From Octopus sinensis (Eukaryota), in the NCBI RefSeq assembly GCF_006345805.1, contig NC_043001.1, forward strand, positions 35,712,001-35,776,000: a DNA stretch of 64,000 bases, in the 5' to 3' direction. A program made the translations under genes and the position numbers. This document shows positions 42,331 to 56,062 of this stretch, one piece after another (position 1 is the first letter of the stretch; every line of letters begins with the position of its first letter). Under the pieces are notes generated by a model that saw nothing but the letters and a program-made list of their open reading frames with translations, searched no databases and was not told the origin of the DNA.

Positions 42331-42488
42331 CTGCAATGATGAGAGGAAGATCATTTAGGATATTGAAAATAAACACATCAAAACCTAAAGTAAATTCATG
42401 TATAGATTAATTCGAAACTTTTTATAATTAAAATCTACCAAGCAATAACCGAAGCCAACTTAATCAACTTCCGGCCTGTCCCAACTAC

Positions 42489-43455
42489 TACCTATTTCTT
42501 TATTACCCAGAAGGGGCTAAACACAGAGAAGACAAACAAGGACAGACAAACGGATTAAGTCGATTACATCTACCCCAGTGCGTAACTGGTACTTAGTTTA
42601 TCGACCCCAAAAGGATGAAAGGCAAAGTCGACCTCGGCGGAATTTGAACTCAGAACGTAAAGGCAGACGAAATACCTATTTCTTTACTACCCACAAGGGG
42701 CTAAACACAGAGAGGACAAACAACGATCGACAAACGGATTAAGTCGATTACATCGACCCCAGTACGTAACAGGTACTTATTTAATCGACCCCATAAGGAT
42801 GAAAGGCAAAGTCGACCTCGGCGGAATTTGAACTCAGAACGTAACGGCAGACGAATACCTATTTCTTTACTACCCACAAAGGGCTAAACACAGAGAGGAC
42901 AAACAAGGACAGACAAAGGATTAAGTCGATTATATCGACCCCAGTGCGTAACTGGTACTTATTTAATCGACCCCATAAGGATGAAAGGCAATGTCGACCT
43001 CGGCGGAATTTGAACTCAGAACGTAACGGCAGACGAAATACCTATTTCTTTACTACCCACAAGGGGCTAAACACAGAGAGGACAAACAAGGACAGACAAC
43101 GGATTAAGTCGATATATCGACCCCAGTGCGTAATGGTACTTATTTAATCGACCCCGTAAGGATGAAAGGCAATGTCGACCTCGGCGGAATTTGAATCAGA
43201 ACGTAACGGCAGACGAAATACCTATTTCTTTACTACCCACAAGGGGCTAAACACAGAGAGGACAAACAAGGACAGACAAACGGATTAAGTCGATTATATC
43301 GACCCCAGTGCGTAACTGGTACTTATTTAATCGACCCTGTAAGGATGAAAGGCAATATCGACCTCGGCGGAATTTGAACTCAGAACGTAGCGGCAGTCGA
43401 AATACTGCTAAGCATTTCTCCCGGCGTGCTAACGTTTCGGCCACCTCGCTGCCTT
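42489..43455 (-). repeat. Head-to-tail 5-mer of a tRNA-derived SINE body (~182-bp unit; family B)
   Basis: Five near-identical units starting ~42489, 42673, 42856, 43039 and 43219; one tRNA head at the right end; B box GAGTTCAAATTCC in every unit. Confidence 0.9.
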
Positions 43456-43700
43456 AACTACTATCCCAACCACTACCTTCTCAACTACTACCTCCTGATC
43501 ACAGCCTTCATTTACCTTCCCACAGCGTTTACTAATGCACATCTTGACCCCTACTGACATTCAGGGCCCAGGGATTCCAGAGGGAAAGGTTGTAACCATC
43601 TAGACGAGATGTAATATATTTATCGCAGGTCTATGTGATGCTACTATTCTGGTCTAAATTTTTGGCATTCTCTAACTTGCAGGATATGTACACGTGCTTC

Positions 43701-44219
43701 CGAGGGAGTGCTGAAAAGTTCTTGGTTTTGGTAAAAGAAAATAAAGAGGTTTTCTTAATTATGGTTTTATTGAACACTAGTGCAAGCATATACAGCTGCG
43801 TGCATGCACACATACACGCGAGTACTGTCCAAATCTCCGACCAATCACATACAGCTCGCTGGCATTCAATTGGCGTATCAAGTTTCGGGCATTTTAATTG
43901 GGTTTTGGATAGAAAATTCACAAAAAAGTCACTTCTATTGATTTTTTAACAAGTTTGCGGGGTGACTGGCGAAATGTAAAGATGTGCACGACCACCCTTG
44001 GACGGTTTTGAATGACCATAGAAAGTGCGAGCCCTCTAACTGAAAAGTTGTGGATTTGTATAAAGGATACACACAGATAGACATTTTGCCGTTTATATAT
44101 AGAGAGATTTCCCCTCTCAGATTCACATGCATATTGCAGCGGTCCTTCATCTTTTGTAAGCCCCGTAAAAGAACTCAAAAGTTTGGGCCTCCAACCAGGT
44201 CTTTCAGCAGCCCCTCGTA
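43701..44219. mobile_element. Degenerate mariner-like MITE
   Basis: Imperfect inverted ends CGAGGGAGTGCTGAAAAG / CTTTCAGCAGCCCCTCGTA; no intact coding capacity. Confidence 0.5.
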
Positions 44220-44672
44220 ACTTTCTACTGGTATGGTGAGTATTTTTGTTTCAAATCCCTGATTAGGTAGGTCAAGTCTGGCCATCTTTGATTCACATTG
44301 AACAGCTGTACGCTCAGAGTAGCTGTTTAGAAATTCTTCGTTTTGATCTCATGATATTACCCTCGCTTGAAAGTATATAAGTGATGCACTCAAGAATGTA
44401 TGTTTACGTGTAGCTATGTGTGTGTATGCGTGTATGTAAGTACGAATGCAACATCAAGTAGCACAAAAAAAACTATAAGCGATATCATAAAACGGGAGAC
44501 ATGATATAAATATTTCTAGCAGAGGGAACTCCACCGTAGGCACCCAAGAACCAGGTGGTCGCGTTAAACCGTGGCTCAATGTTATCTTCAGCAGTTTAAA
44601 CTTGCGACGCAACAACTCACATTCTCACAGCCCACGATATCATTCTGATTTTCAGAATGTATTAAATGTTTA

Positions 44673-44960
44673 TTGTGGAGGCGCAATGGCCCAGTGGTTA
44701 GGGCAGCGGACTCGCGGTCGGAGGATCGAAGTTTCGATTTCCAGACCGGGCGTCGTGTGTGTTTAATGAGCGAAAACACCTAAAGCTCCACGAGGCTCCG
44801 GCAGGGGATGGTGGAGACCCTTGTTGTACTCTTTCGCTCTCTCTTCTTGTTTCTTAAGTTGGCTTGGCGTCCCGTCCAACCGAGGGGAACGCATACGCTA
44901 CAGAAACCGGGCCCATGAGCCTGGCTAGGCTTGAAAAGAGCGCATAAATAAATTTAAAAA
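44673..44960 (+). mobile_element. SINE related to family C (shared 3' tail, different middle)
   Basis: 12-bp TSD ATTAAATGTTTA (44661, 44961); shared tail GAAACCGGGCCCATGAGCCTGGCTAG. Confidence 0.8.
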
Positions 44961-45583
44961 ATTAAATGTTTACGCGCGCACACACTCACACATAGAGTAT
45001 ACCACTGCTTTCCCCGGACAATTGTACTTTCTATTCATAGACATTTAACTGTTTCCTACATTCAACTCAATTCAAACAAGACGTCCCCATTAAACACCAT
45101 TAATTTACGCGCGGCTCCTTGATAGCTCACGACTTTTTAACTAGATTCTGCATCTGTTATAATCATTCACTCTTACTAAACACATTCAAATTTACAAAGA
45201 TATATGCACATACATATATTTGTATACAGTCTCTTATTCTCTCATTCGCTCCCATTATTCTCTGCTTCTATCATCTTTCTCTCTTCATCTCTCTACTGTG
45301 TCTTATTCTTCCGTATGCTTTTTGGAAAACTTTCATAAACTTTCAGCCAATGTTGCTGCTTATCGTTGATTTAATAGATCCGTTTATGATTGTTTAGCTG
45401 CAGATAAACCACGATTCAGTAAATCTATATATATACATTATAGTTTAACCTCATGTCATGTATGATTAAGGGATTTCTGATCATGACCATCCAGAACGTT
45501 TCTTTCGAAGCATTCCATATCTTTTTACAGAGATGTACTTGCATAGCGAGTGACTTGATCTGAGATCGTGTGCTGGAACGAAA

Positions 45584-45790
45584 ACAATTGCAGCGTGGAA
45601 GGTGTTTATAAGCCATTTAAGAAACACACAAAACCGTTAGATTCACTCCAATATTTAAATTTAATTTGTCAAAATATTTTCGTCGCTTTGAGACCGTGAC
45701 CTGTTCACTGACAAAACTTCCTACTGCATCTCAGAACGAAGTTTTGTCAGTGAAGAGGTCGTTTATAAACACCTTCCACGCTGCAATTGT
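45584..45790. mobile_element. Small foldback element/MITE with nested inverted repeats
   Basis: Perfect 28-bp IR (45584-45611 / 45763-45790) plus an inner 23-bp IR with 1 mismatch (45698-45720 / 45738-45760). Confidence 0.7.
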
Positions 45791-47445
45791 ATTCTATATC
45801 TTGGAATCTATTATTGAAAATGACTTTCCTTTATTCAAAGGAAAAATGTAATTTGAGGTACATTTAGTAGGCTGAGCGACCCCGCAGATGTCACACCTCT
45901 ATTTCCTATGCACAAGTGGATGTTATATATATTACTATGCATGTACTTGTTTTCGTCATATAATTTCAAAGACAATAATTAAGCAATGGTTGTTTTGAAA
46001 CAATGATATTGCTGGTTCCTATCAAGAAGAGATGAGGAAAAGGACGAAAGTAAACTGAAGTTAATTATTGTTAATTATTTAAATTGTTTGTAAGTGTATC
46101 ACTATATATGACCGCACATTGCATCAGGCATTGGATAAAATTAGAAGCGGGATGGAGAGCCGGAGAGAGAGAGAAAGAAAGGGGGAGGACGGGTAATGGG
46201 GGTTAAAGAGAAAGGCAAAGAGTGAAGGAGAGGAAAAGAAAAGGTTGGACAGAGAGGAGGAAGTGTAGGAATAGACGAAACGAGAGGGGTAGAAGTTGGG
46301 GAGGAAAAGATGTGATAAAAGAAAGTGTGGAAAAAATTAATATGTATTATCTCCCCTTGTCCTTGCGAGAGGGAGAGTTAATCTCGAGACTCAAGAATTC
46401 ACTAAATTTCACAATTCATTACGAGAACACATGTTTCTGTCTATGCAGCGACCACGAAATAATTACAAGACGACTGAAATTCGAATGTATTTATTCTTTG
46501 AAGATTGAATAGCTTACAATATGTGTAAGTTAAAACATTTTGAGTTGGTGCATAATCATTGCGGCTTTTTTTTCAACAAATTTTATTCAACAAAAACAAT
46601 AACAACATCAAACAAAAACATCTTTAAATGACGGCCTCACCGTCTGCCAAGCAAATGGGAAGCAGGAATTGAAGTAGATGGCGAATATGCTCCGGAATAA
46701 TCTCATTTAGAGTCGTTTTTGTTAAATGTTGTTATTGTTCTTGTTGAATAAAATTTGTTGAAAAAAAAAAAAGCCGCAATAATTATGCACCAAGCCAATA
46801 TTTGTAAAGTGAAACACTTGTTTAAAATAAAACTTTTTTTTTTACAGCCACACATAGACACTCACATACACACACACATATATATCTGGTATATTTGCAT
46901 ACACGCAAATAAGCATGCATACATACACACATACATACTCAGACAGACAGATAGTGATACACACACGCGCACACACACACATACATACATACATACATAC
47001 ATACATACATACATACATACGTTTTACACATATATACATGTATTTAGATGTACGTACAGGAGGAGATTATCAACTTACTGATTATTGTAGAGTAAGTAGG
47101 AAAAAGAGAAAAAAAAAGGGGGAGAAAAAAAAAAGGAGAAAAGCAGAATGAAAGAGAGATATGGTGTGTGAGAAGCGTAGATTTTAGAACGAAGGATTAT
47201 TTCAAAAGAGGCAATTGAAGAAATGAAGATGTGGGGATGGAACAGTGACAGATAATGTTTTGCGAAATCGTTAGACTTGTAGTCAGTGAAAGCAAGCATC
47301 ACAGGCTTCGATATCTTATCTGGAAACGATATAGCCGCACAAGATCTATCTATGCACAGGTGCATCTATCTAGATCTACGTGAATGTAAAAAGTAAACAG
47401 AAGCACATGAGAAAGAGAGATAGAAAGCGAAAGAGAAAGAAAGAA

Positions 47446-47480
<35 letters not shown>

Positions 47481-48494
47481 AGTGTGAGTGAGAAGAGGAG
47501 AAGGTTTATGCCTTGTCGTGAGGGTTGTGTACGTGTCTGTTCCGTTTGTGTAAGTCAATAACACAACTCGACCAGGAAGAGTCTCAGCTGAAGTTTATAC
47601 TGAATCTATGTAATCAAGCTAAATGCGCGTTTTCTCGTAGTGAGATTCAGGCCAAAAGTCGGATTGGGGATATATCACGTGATATCTGCTGTTCCTTATC
47701 AAATAAGCTGGGAATGTTTTATGATTACAGATCATTCTTTTGCTTTATTTTTGCTTTGTTTGTTTCTCCAATTATGTTGTATGCGGCACTGTAATGCTAT
47801 TATTTATTCAGGTTAGGATTGCAATGTTTGTTGTTAATTATTTGTAGTAGAGTATCAAGTATAAGGTTTTTGGTAATGAATAAATAAATCAATAGGTAAA
47901 TAAGTTCCAAATTGGTTTCATTTTATCTCTAGTTCGGCCTTGAGAGAACATTCCTATAACGAAAAATGTTTCGCTTGTGAATGTCACATCTTTATGTCTG
48001 ACATCATGTTTCGGACCACATCCTTTGCAGAGCAAAGTTTTGAAGATTGTTGCTTCTCTTTCTAGCAAATTGAAGGAATCTTTTGTTGACCTAAATTAGA
48101 ATTTACAACCGATTGGTGGTGCTCGGGTTATATTAATTCATATCAGATTTGTATTTTTCAAATGAATGCAACATTAGATTCATATTTGGTAAATTGCAAT
48201 TCAGCAAACCACCAATTCTTTTTATACAACTCGTGAGGTTTATTCCACTATCGAGTTCATTGGAATATGTTAATAAGTCACTGACCAAAAGACTACAACC
48301 AAAGTAGGCCACTTCACCACTTCAATGCTTCGCCAATTAAGAGGCTATGTATGCTACGTATACAGAAAAACACAAGGGCGACATAAAATGGCCTCGGCAT
48401 GGCCTTCGTTGTGATCACTACGGTAGGATATGTATGTATAGAACTTTTCTTCACCCATTTCCTTCCGGTCATTCAAAATGTGACCGCGTGTGTA

Positions 48495-48690
48495 CCGTTG
48501 GCGATTTTTTTTCTCCGTCTTCCCTTCTCTGGATCTTTCCTTTTCCTGTGTTTCTGACGAAGAGCTCCGCTCGAAACGTAAAACCCTCCTTCTTCCCTTC
48601 CTTCCTGAGCGTTCAATAACACTATATTTGTTCCACGTCCCCGCATTGTTGTGTTTTCTCTTTGTGTTTTCATGTTTGGATTAACTTTAT
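48495..48690 (+). mobile_element. Short Penelope-like terminal fragment with hammerhead-like core (relatives at ~15290-15445, ~26850-27010 (-), ~35640-35810)
   Basis: CTGACGA-A-GAGC tcc GCTC-GAAACG (48554-48578) and shared CCTGAGCGT(C/T)CAATAA...TTTGTTCCACGTCC; ends in (TA)n. Assignment to Penelope-like elements is inference. Confidence 0.6.
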
Positions 48691-49504
48691 ATATATACAT
48701 TTTTTATTCTTTTACTTGTTTCAGTCATTTGACTGCGGCCCGTGAACAGTTTTAGTCGAATAAATCGACTCCAGGATTTATTCTTTAAAGCCTATTACAT
48801 ATTCTCTCTCAGTCTCTTTTGCTGAACTGTTAAGAGGACGTAAAGACACCAACACCAGTTGTCAAGCGGTGATGGTGAGACAAATACACACACACGACAA
48901 GCTTCTTTCAGTTTCCGTCTATCAAATCCTCACACAAGGCTTTGGTCAGCCCGTGACTATAGTGGAAGACACTTTCTCAATGTGCGACGTAGTGGGATTG
49001 AACTCGGAACCATATGGTTGTGGTATGTAGTAAAAATGAACAGAAAGACACAAACCTTATGAAAGAAAGTTTTGTGTTGTTAAGCACTTAACACAAATAA
49101 AAATCTTCCTTCAATAAGGTTTGTCATAATTTTTTTAAAAATTACTTCATACGATTAATATTTTATAATTTTTAAAAATCTTTCTTCGGAGTCAAGAATT
49201 TCTTCGAAAAACTTTGTTACACGCATGTGGGTGAGTATGTTTGTATGTGAGAGAGAGAGAAAGAGAGGTGGGGATGTAATCAACAGTAGTGTATAGGTAT
49301 ACACACACGCATATCCAAGCGTATATATTCGGACACGAATATTAACATATACGCTTAAATATTAACAAATCGCTATTTTCATTTCTTGTTACTTTCTGCT
49401 ACTGACGATGTTGGTTTTTTACTTCCACTGCTGCTACGATCACGACTACTACCGCTATCACCACCGGATACACACAGATGGCCATGTATATTTAGAACCA
49501 TTAC

Positions 49505-49548
<44 letters not shown>

Positions 49549-49902
49549 CTTTTTCTGTATTTATTTGGAGACTAAATACAAAGAGTCCCTGGACACAAGA
49601 GGTGGAGAATATTCAATGAAGCAGAGATGACATCTAAGTTTACCTGATAAAAGCCCAGTTGAAATAAGGGTCTTTGTAAAAGGCCGACCCAATCTATGTG
49701 GAAATGCTTCCAGCCTATTGTTGGCGCCGTCTCGCCTGTTTTGACTAACAGCAGAAGAAATAATAGTTTCTAAAGAGGCGAAGATAAAACGCTGTTTACA
49801 TAACTGGGGGAGATAATTGGTCTTCTTTTACACTCCCATTCAAGAAAGTGGGCTACTTATGCGGTTTTAGTTGTGGTTACTTTTGTTGCAGTTCTTGCTG
49901 GA

Positions 49903-49987
<85 letters not shown>

Positions 49988-51379
49988 TTCTATTTTCCAC
50001 AATGGTGACAAGTAAGAAAAAATATTAGAAGGAATACTTAGAAAATGATAAGGGCTTACATTGGATTCACTCTGTGAAATTACACATGAGGGAAAGAAAG
50101 ACTTTATAGAAATTTTCATAATGAAATTTCCAAACAGGTGAAAATCATACATAGGATCAATCATGGAACTCTGCAGAGTCCGGGGTTATTCTTACTTCGA
50201 AAGTTAAATCTCATCACTCTCTTGAGTTCTCTAGCTTGAAACTTAGAGTATACCAATTCATCATGGTCATACTTGCTGCCCTCATTCACTTTTCGGCAAC
50301 TCTCTCAAACCCTAGTCAAGAAGGGTTTCGATATCTTGTGGCAAATGATTCGCATTCATGCACTGAGACGGCACCGTCTATAGTTATTATTTGGTTACGC
50401 TGACAGTTAATTGATATGTGTGACACATCTTTCTACAGCTTCGATTAAGTTACAGTTGTGGGTCAAACTCAGAACAAGTTAAAACACGTAATACTGCAAT
50501 GCTGCTAAGTGATCGCTGCACTCTTCAGATAAGGTGGTGCAGTCAGTGAAACGTCTACGCTAGGGTTCTAAAGAGGTGTATTTGAGAGTATAAGTGATAA
50601 TGATCTGACAAAAATTCAGGGCGTCAACGTGAGATACTCGAATAGTTATTTTTTTCTGGAAGGCTGAGATCAGGGATTCCGGGTAAATTTCAAAAGTTCT
50701 TAGCCTGGCATTGCTACAAAGGCTTTCCGAGTTCGTGAGAGTTTTTCACAAGTACGGCTTCGTAGTCTGCCGACATAGTTGTGGTAGGACTTTAGTTATA
50801 TGTATACTTGATCAGGAATGACCAAGAATAAAAACCAATGATAACGACAACCGTTCTGCATGCACTCATTTGTGTTCAAACATTGCTGATATGTTACTTA
50901 TATCTAACATTTTTTAGATTTGTGAAGGCGCTGGGATATAGCATTTTTGTAGCTTTTATACATTCAAATAGTTTTCTCTACATCTACCTAACTGTTTATG
51001 CAATTTTCCTTTGTAATGTCATCTATTCATAAGCCTTGTGACAAAATTTTAAAAATGATACATCATCATCATCATGGTTTCAACAGTTTATTGCCAGTTC
51101 CTCGGCACTGTTAAGTATACCATCGTGTTCCTGACAAGTGTGCAGCATTTGGGAAGGATGTAGAGTTGTACAGTTTTACTACACCAGCTATGCTTTCGTT
51201 GTAAAGTTTAGTTGTTTATTGTGATACATTGGTGTCTCGTCTGTTACATAATGGGAATTGTGCGATTTTACTGGATGATGTTAGTATTTCCTTCCTATGT
51301 GTTGCGCAACATGTGTTTGACACGGTCAAAATATTCATTTCACATTCCTGTCGTTTCACATTGTTTTAATTTTATCTAT

Positions 51380-51602
51380 CTCTTTTACTTTTTTACATGT
51401 TTCAGTCATTTGACTGCGGCCATGCTGGAGCACCGCCTTTAGTCGAGCAAATCGAGCCCAGGACTTATTCTTTGTAAGCCTAGTACTTATTCTATCGGTC
51501 CTTTTTGCCGAACCGCTAAGTTACGGAGACGTAAACACACCAGCATCGGTTGTCAAGCGATGTTGGGGGGGGGGACAAACACAGACACAAAAACATATAT
51601 AT

Positions 51603-51633
<31 letters not shown>

Positions 51634-51800
51634 GATATATACGACAGGCTTCTTTCAGTTTCCGTCTACCAAATCCACTCACAAGGCTTTGGTCGGCCCG
51701 AGGCTATAGTAGAAGACACTTGCCCAAGGTACCCCGCAGTGGAACTGAACCCGGAACCATGTGGTTGATAAGCAAGCTACTTACCACACAGCCACTCCCA
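51380..51800 (-). mobile_element. SINE family A copy (others at ~5500-6000, ~6345-6500, 8335-8960, ~26085-26290, ~48703-49022, ~57950-58165, ~58614-58995)
   Basis: Close to family consensus; 31-bp direct duplication at its head end (51783-51844). Confidence 0.85.
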
Positions 51801-52897
51801 CTCCTATCCTAGTACCACACAGCCACTCCCACTCCTATCCTAGTATTTACAGAAAGCAAAACTGTCAGTCTTGAACTGTGACCCGTCTTCGGAGTCCTCA
51901 GACATTATTTGTTTGATTTGCCAGTTTGCTCCGTTGAAACGCCTTATTTTTTCTTTTTAAAATACCTTTTTGAATTTTTCGACTTCTATGGATACATTAA
52001 AGTCTTTGCTAAATTGTTTGACAATAGAGTCTTAAACTGGAAACCATTTGCAGCATTTAAATATATCTTTTCAGTTCAACGATTTGCATGTAGAACCTTC
52101 AGGCAGATGACAAGATAATTTACATTATGCAACAACAGCAACAGATGCAATAAAACCGCCACATCGGCAACGATGAAACAATAAGTTAAATATAACTTCA
52201 GTAATATAAGCTAGGAGTGCAAAACAATTCAAACTATTCATTATGACAAATAACATCAGTACAAAAGATGGATTGGTGTTATTCTTGTATAGTAAAATGA
52301 TGTCCCTAATCGAGTACACAGATGATCTAAAGCCTTCCATTCATAACTATTCTGTGATTTAATATATCTGTAATTATGTTATTCAAAGTGCCTTTACTAT
52401 TTTCCATATAACATGTAGAATATAATTCGAGAGATTTGGTCGTTAATTTTAATAGCTCGAGTGACACTGTACAGACTCCGTTGCAGATTCAAACGGAGTT
52501 TAATTCCATTGCTGATGGCGGTATAAACACCATAATCTATGCCTGGTCGACATGCAGCGTTTGGACTCTAATTCTCACATGGGGAAAATCTCATGCAGCA
52601 AAGACAAAACTTTGCAAACAACCACAAACAATATGAGGCTACAGTAGCTGAATTTCCCTTAACTTATACTCAACTGTTTAAAATAACTTTGGTTATAGGT
52701 ACACCCGATCAGAATTGACCAGGAGCTAAAACCACCAGGGGCGACCTAGTAAACCAAATTAAAATGCACAAATACGAAAATTGAATTAACACTTTTCAAC
52801 ATATCAAATGTTTAAAAAAAAACCCAAAGCGTTCTGAGAATTACTTACATCAGTAAAGATGAATTCATGAAACTGTTTACTGTTCACATAAAACACA

Positions 52898-52929
<32 letters not shown>

Positions 52930-53314
52930 CCTCCTAACTACAGCGACCATGCGATACAATTCTGTCCTTTATATCACAGCTGACGCCATAATTTGTGTTC
53001 CTATCACTTTAACTAACTCAAGCGTGGAATTAGGTGAACGCACTGAAACAGCCGCAATGTTCAGTCATGAGAAATATACCAACATGCACCATTCTAACGC
53101 GTCTGTACATAGTTGCGCCTGTATATATGTATATATATATATATATATATATGAATGTACGTATGTAAACAGGCATGTGTATAATTTGAGGATGAAATAT
53201 GTATATTTGGTAGGGAATAATGTATACATTCGATAAATCAGATAGACACAGACATATACATACGCGCACACATACATACACGCATACATATGTATGTATA
53301 TATGTATATATATA

Positions 53315-53355
<41 letters not shown>

Positions 53356-54303
53356 TACGCATGTACTCGAAATAAATTTGTATATTTGCATTAATTTATG
53401 TTATATATATTTGAGTGTGTATTTAGAGTGTGTGTATGTATGTATGTATGTATGTATGTATGTATGTATGCACACGAGGCTGCATACATGTATACAAACA
53501 GAAATCTACACAAACCTACATACGTACATGTATACATACATACATACGTACTTACGTATGTACCTACCTACCTACCTACCTAATATATACATACATACAT
53601 GCATACATGCGTAAGACGTGTATATATTGATGGATATATGTGTGTGTTTGTAGCTACACACATGTATGTAGACGCATTCACACCACACGACGAACAAAAT
53701 GAAAAATTACACAATAAAAACTTAGTAGGCATTACAAATAATACATTTCATGTGTGAGAGCAAGAAGATATTATCTGCCTTTCATTTTCTTCGTCACTCC
53801 TAACACCCAACCAACCACCCAACCAACCAACCAGCCAGCCAAACCTTTCTAATGAAAGACCTAACGGACCGATCCACAGAGAGAAATGAGTAAGAGATCT
53901 TTAAAAGGATTTAACAGCATCTCGCTTCCCTTTCTTGACAGTTTTATGATGCTTATTTTGTAGTCATTGTACAGCTTAATTATTTCTATGAGGCTTATAG
54001 AGGAGCGTGTGTGTGTGGAGACTTCAATAAAAGCTACAGTTATCTCTTTATTGTAATACCTTCTCCCTTCCCACCAGTCTTACAACGTACATACACGCGC
54101 ACATTTTCACACGTTCAGACACTTGTTATCGTTATTGGTTACTACTTTTGAGTCTGTTTTTGTTTGTATTTTTATACACTGTTTTGTCAGTTTTCTTCTC
54201 TTATTTTATCGTTTATTTGTTGATTTTTTTTTCCTGTATTTTATATTTCACACTTTCTTAAAATTATGTTTAATTGTGTGCGAATGCTCGTTCGCTTTCG
54301 CCG

Positions 54304-54368
<65 letters not shown>

Positions 54369-56016
54369 TGCATGGATAGTATGAGAAATACACTTAGGCC
54401 GATGTTATCGTAATACAACAGTATTACAAAAGATTTAGAGTGCCTTTAGTAAAGTAGAAGAGGTACCACAAAGGAAGATGAAGAAGGCTATATATATATA
54501 TATACAGCCGAAATTGCGAAGATAATCTGGTACTCGACTGAGGAAAGAAAACTTCGAATGACCCGTCCTTGTTTTTTCTTTGTATCGTCCATCTGGATGT
54601 TTTGATGTCCCATTTTTTTATCACCTAACTGTCCGGATGTTTTGCGTTCTTGTCCCATTTTGTATGTGTATATATATATATAGACTCCTCTTGTGGGTTG
54701 TTATTGATGTTGCTGTTGTTTTAGCCTTAGCGAGATCTGTCCTGACTGAGCTGACAAAGTGACTGAATCATGATAATACTTTTTTTCATGCCTGTATCCC
54801 AGAATTAGATTTTAATTTGACATACCCCCATCCATTTTTAAGACGAATGAGTGTGGTTCGAGTGAAATTTTACTGTTATTTCTAGTCGATCGACTGGTCA
54901 TGTGTGCAATATGTATTTCGTGTTATTGTTTCATTACTCAGATATTTATTTAAAACTAGAGGTATATAACATTGGACCCATATCTTTCTGGTATCGACTA
55001 CTGAAGTATATTTCAATGTCAAAAGACAAATAAAGTGTAAATGAATGCATAGAGAGATAGAGAGAGAGTTTGATTTTGAATTTATGTGTGACTCAGTGTG
55101 TGATTTCTGGTTGTAACAGATTCGTCACTGATGAATAACCATCGAATATGAATGTGTCACAATTCCGTATTTTATTTCCGATTCGGATATCCTACATTAT
55201 CTCTGGAGTGCGTGTGTGTGAGAGTGTGTGTATGAGTGAGTGAGTGAGAGAGAGAGAGAAGGAGAGAAAAGGCGGGAGAGAGAGAACTATTTTCAGTCAT
55301 TGAACTGCGATCTTGATGAATATTAAACTTAATCTGTAAGGGGTCTAGTTTAAAAAGATGAAGTTATATAGATAGCGTAAAGCTATCTAAGATCAGGTTC
55401 CATGATATGTGCGAAAGTTCTCAGCACGTTATAAAAGTATAATGAAAGTATAATGAAAACGGGGAGTTGTGAGGGGGGATCAGTAAAACTTGCAAATATC
55501 AAGCAAGGAATGTATTTGTTTCATATTGTCAGTTGCAGATTCTATTCTCGACTCAACCTTAACAAGAACAACAATTATAGTTGTTATTGTTATAGTCGTG
55601 TAGTTTCTTAGGGCAGTTCTGATGGAGAAATATGTGCTTTGCAGATAGGTAGCAGAAAAACTAGGCATTTTTATTGAACCGCATATTTATTGAACCATAT
55701 ATTAAAAGAATTTTCTGGGTTTTTTTTTTTTTCATTAGCAAAGCCTAACAAGTATAAGAATGGTGAATTAAGAATGAGAATGGTGAACTACATTTTTATT
55801 ATTTTTATTATTCGTCTGTCTTTACGATCTGAGTTCAAACTCCGCCGAGGTCGACTTTGCCTTTTTCATCCTTCCGGGATCAATGAAATAAGTACCAGTT
55901 ACTCACTGGGTCAATGTAAACGACTAACCCCACCTGCCCCAAAATTTGAGCCCTTGCGCCGATAGTAGAAAGGATTATGATTATTATTATTATTATCATT
56001 ATTATTATTATTATTA

Positions 56017-56062
<46 letters not shown>

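Noticed and set aside
42489-43455. Regular array that could be mistaken for CRISPR
   Set aside because: Units are ~182 bp, near-identical along their full length, with no unique spacers and no cas genes; they are SINE bodies in a eukaryotic intron.
47960-48200. Possible Penelope GIY-YIG remnant (minus strand, LLCKGCG)
   Set aside because: Only a few suggestive residues among many stops; needs a profile search.
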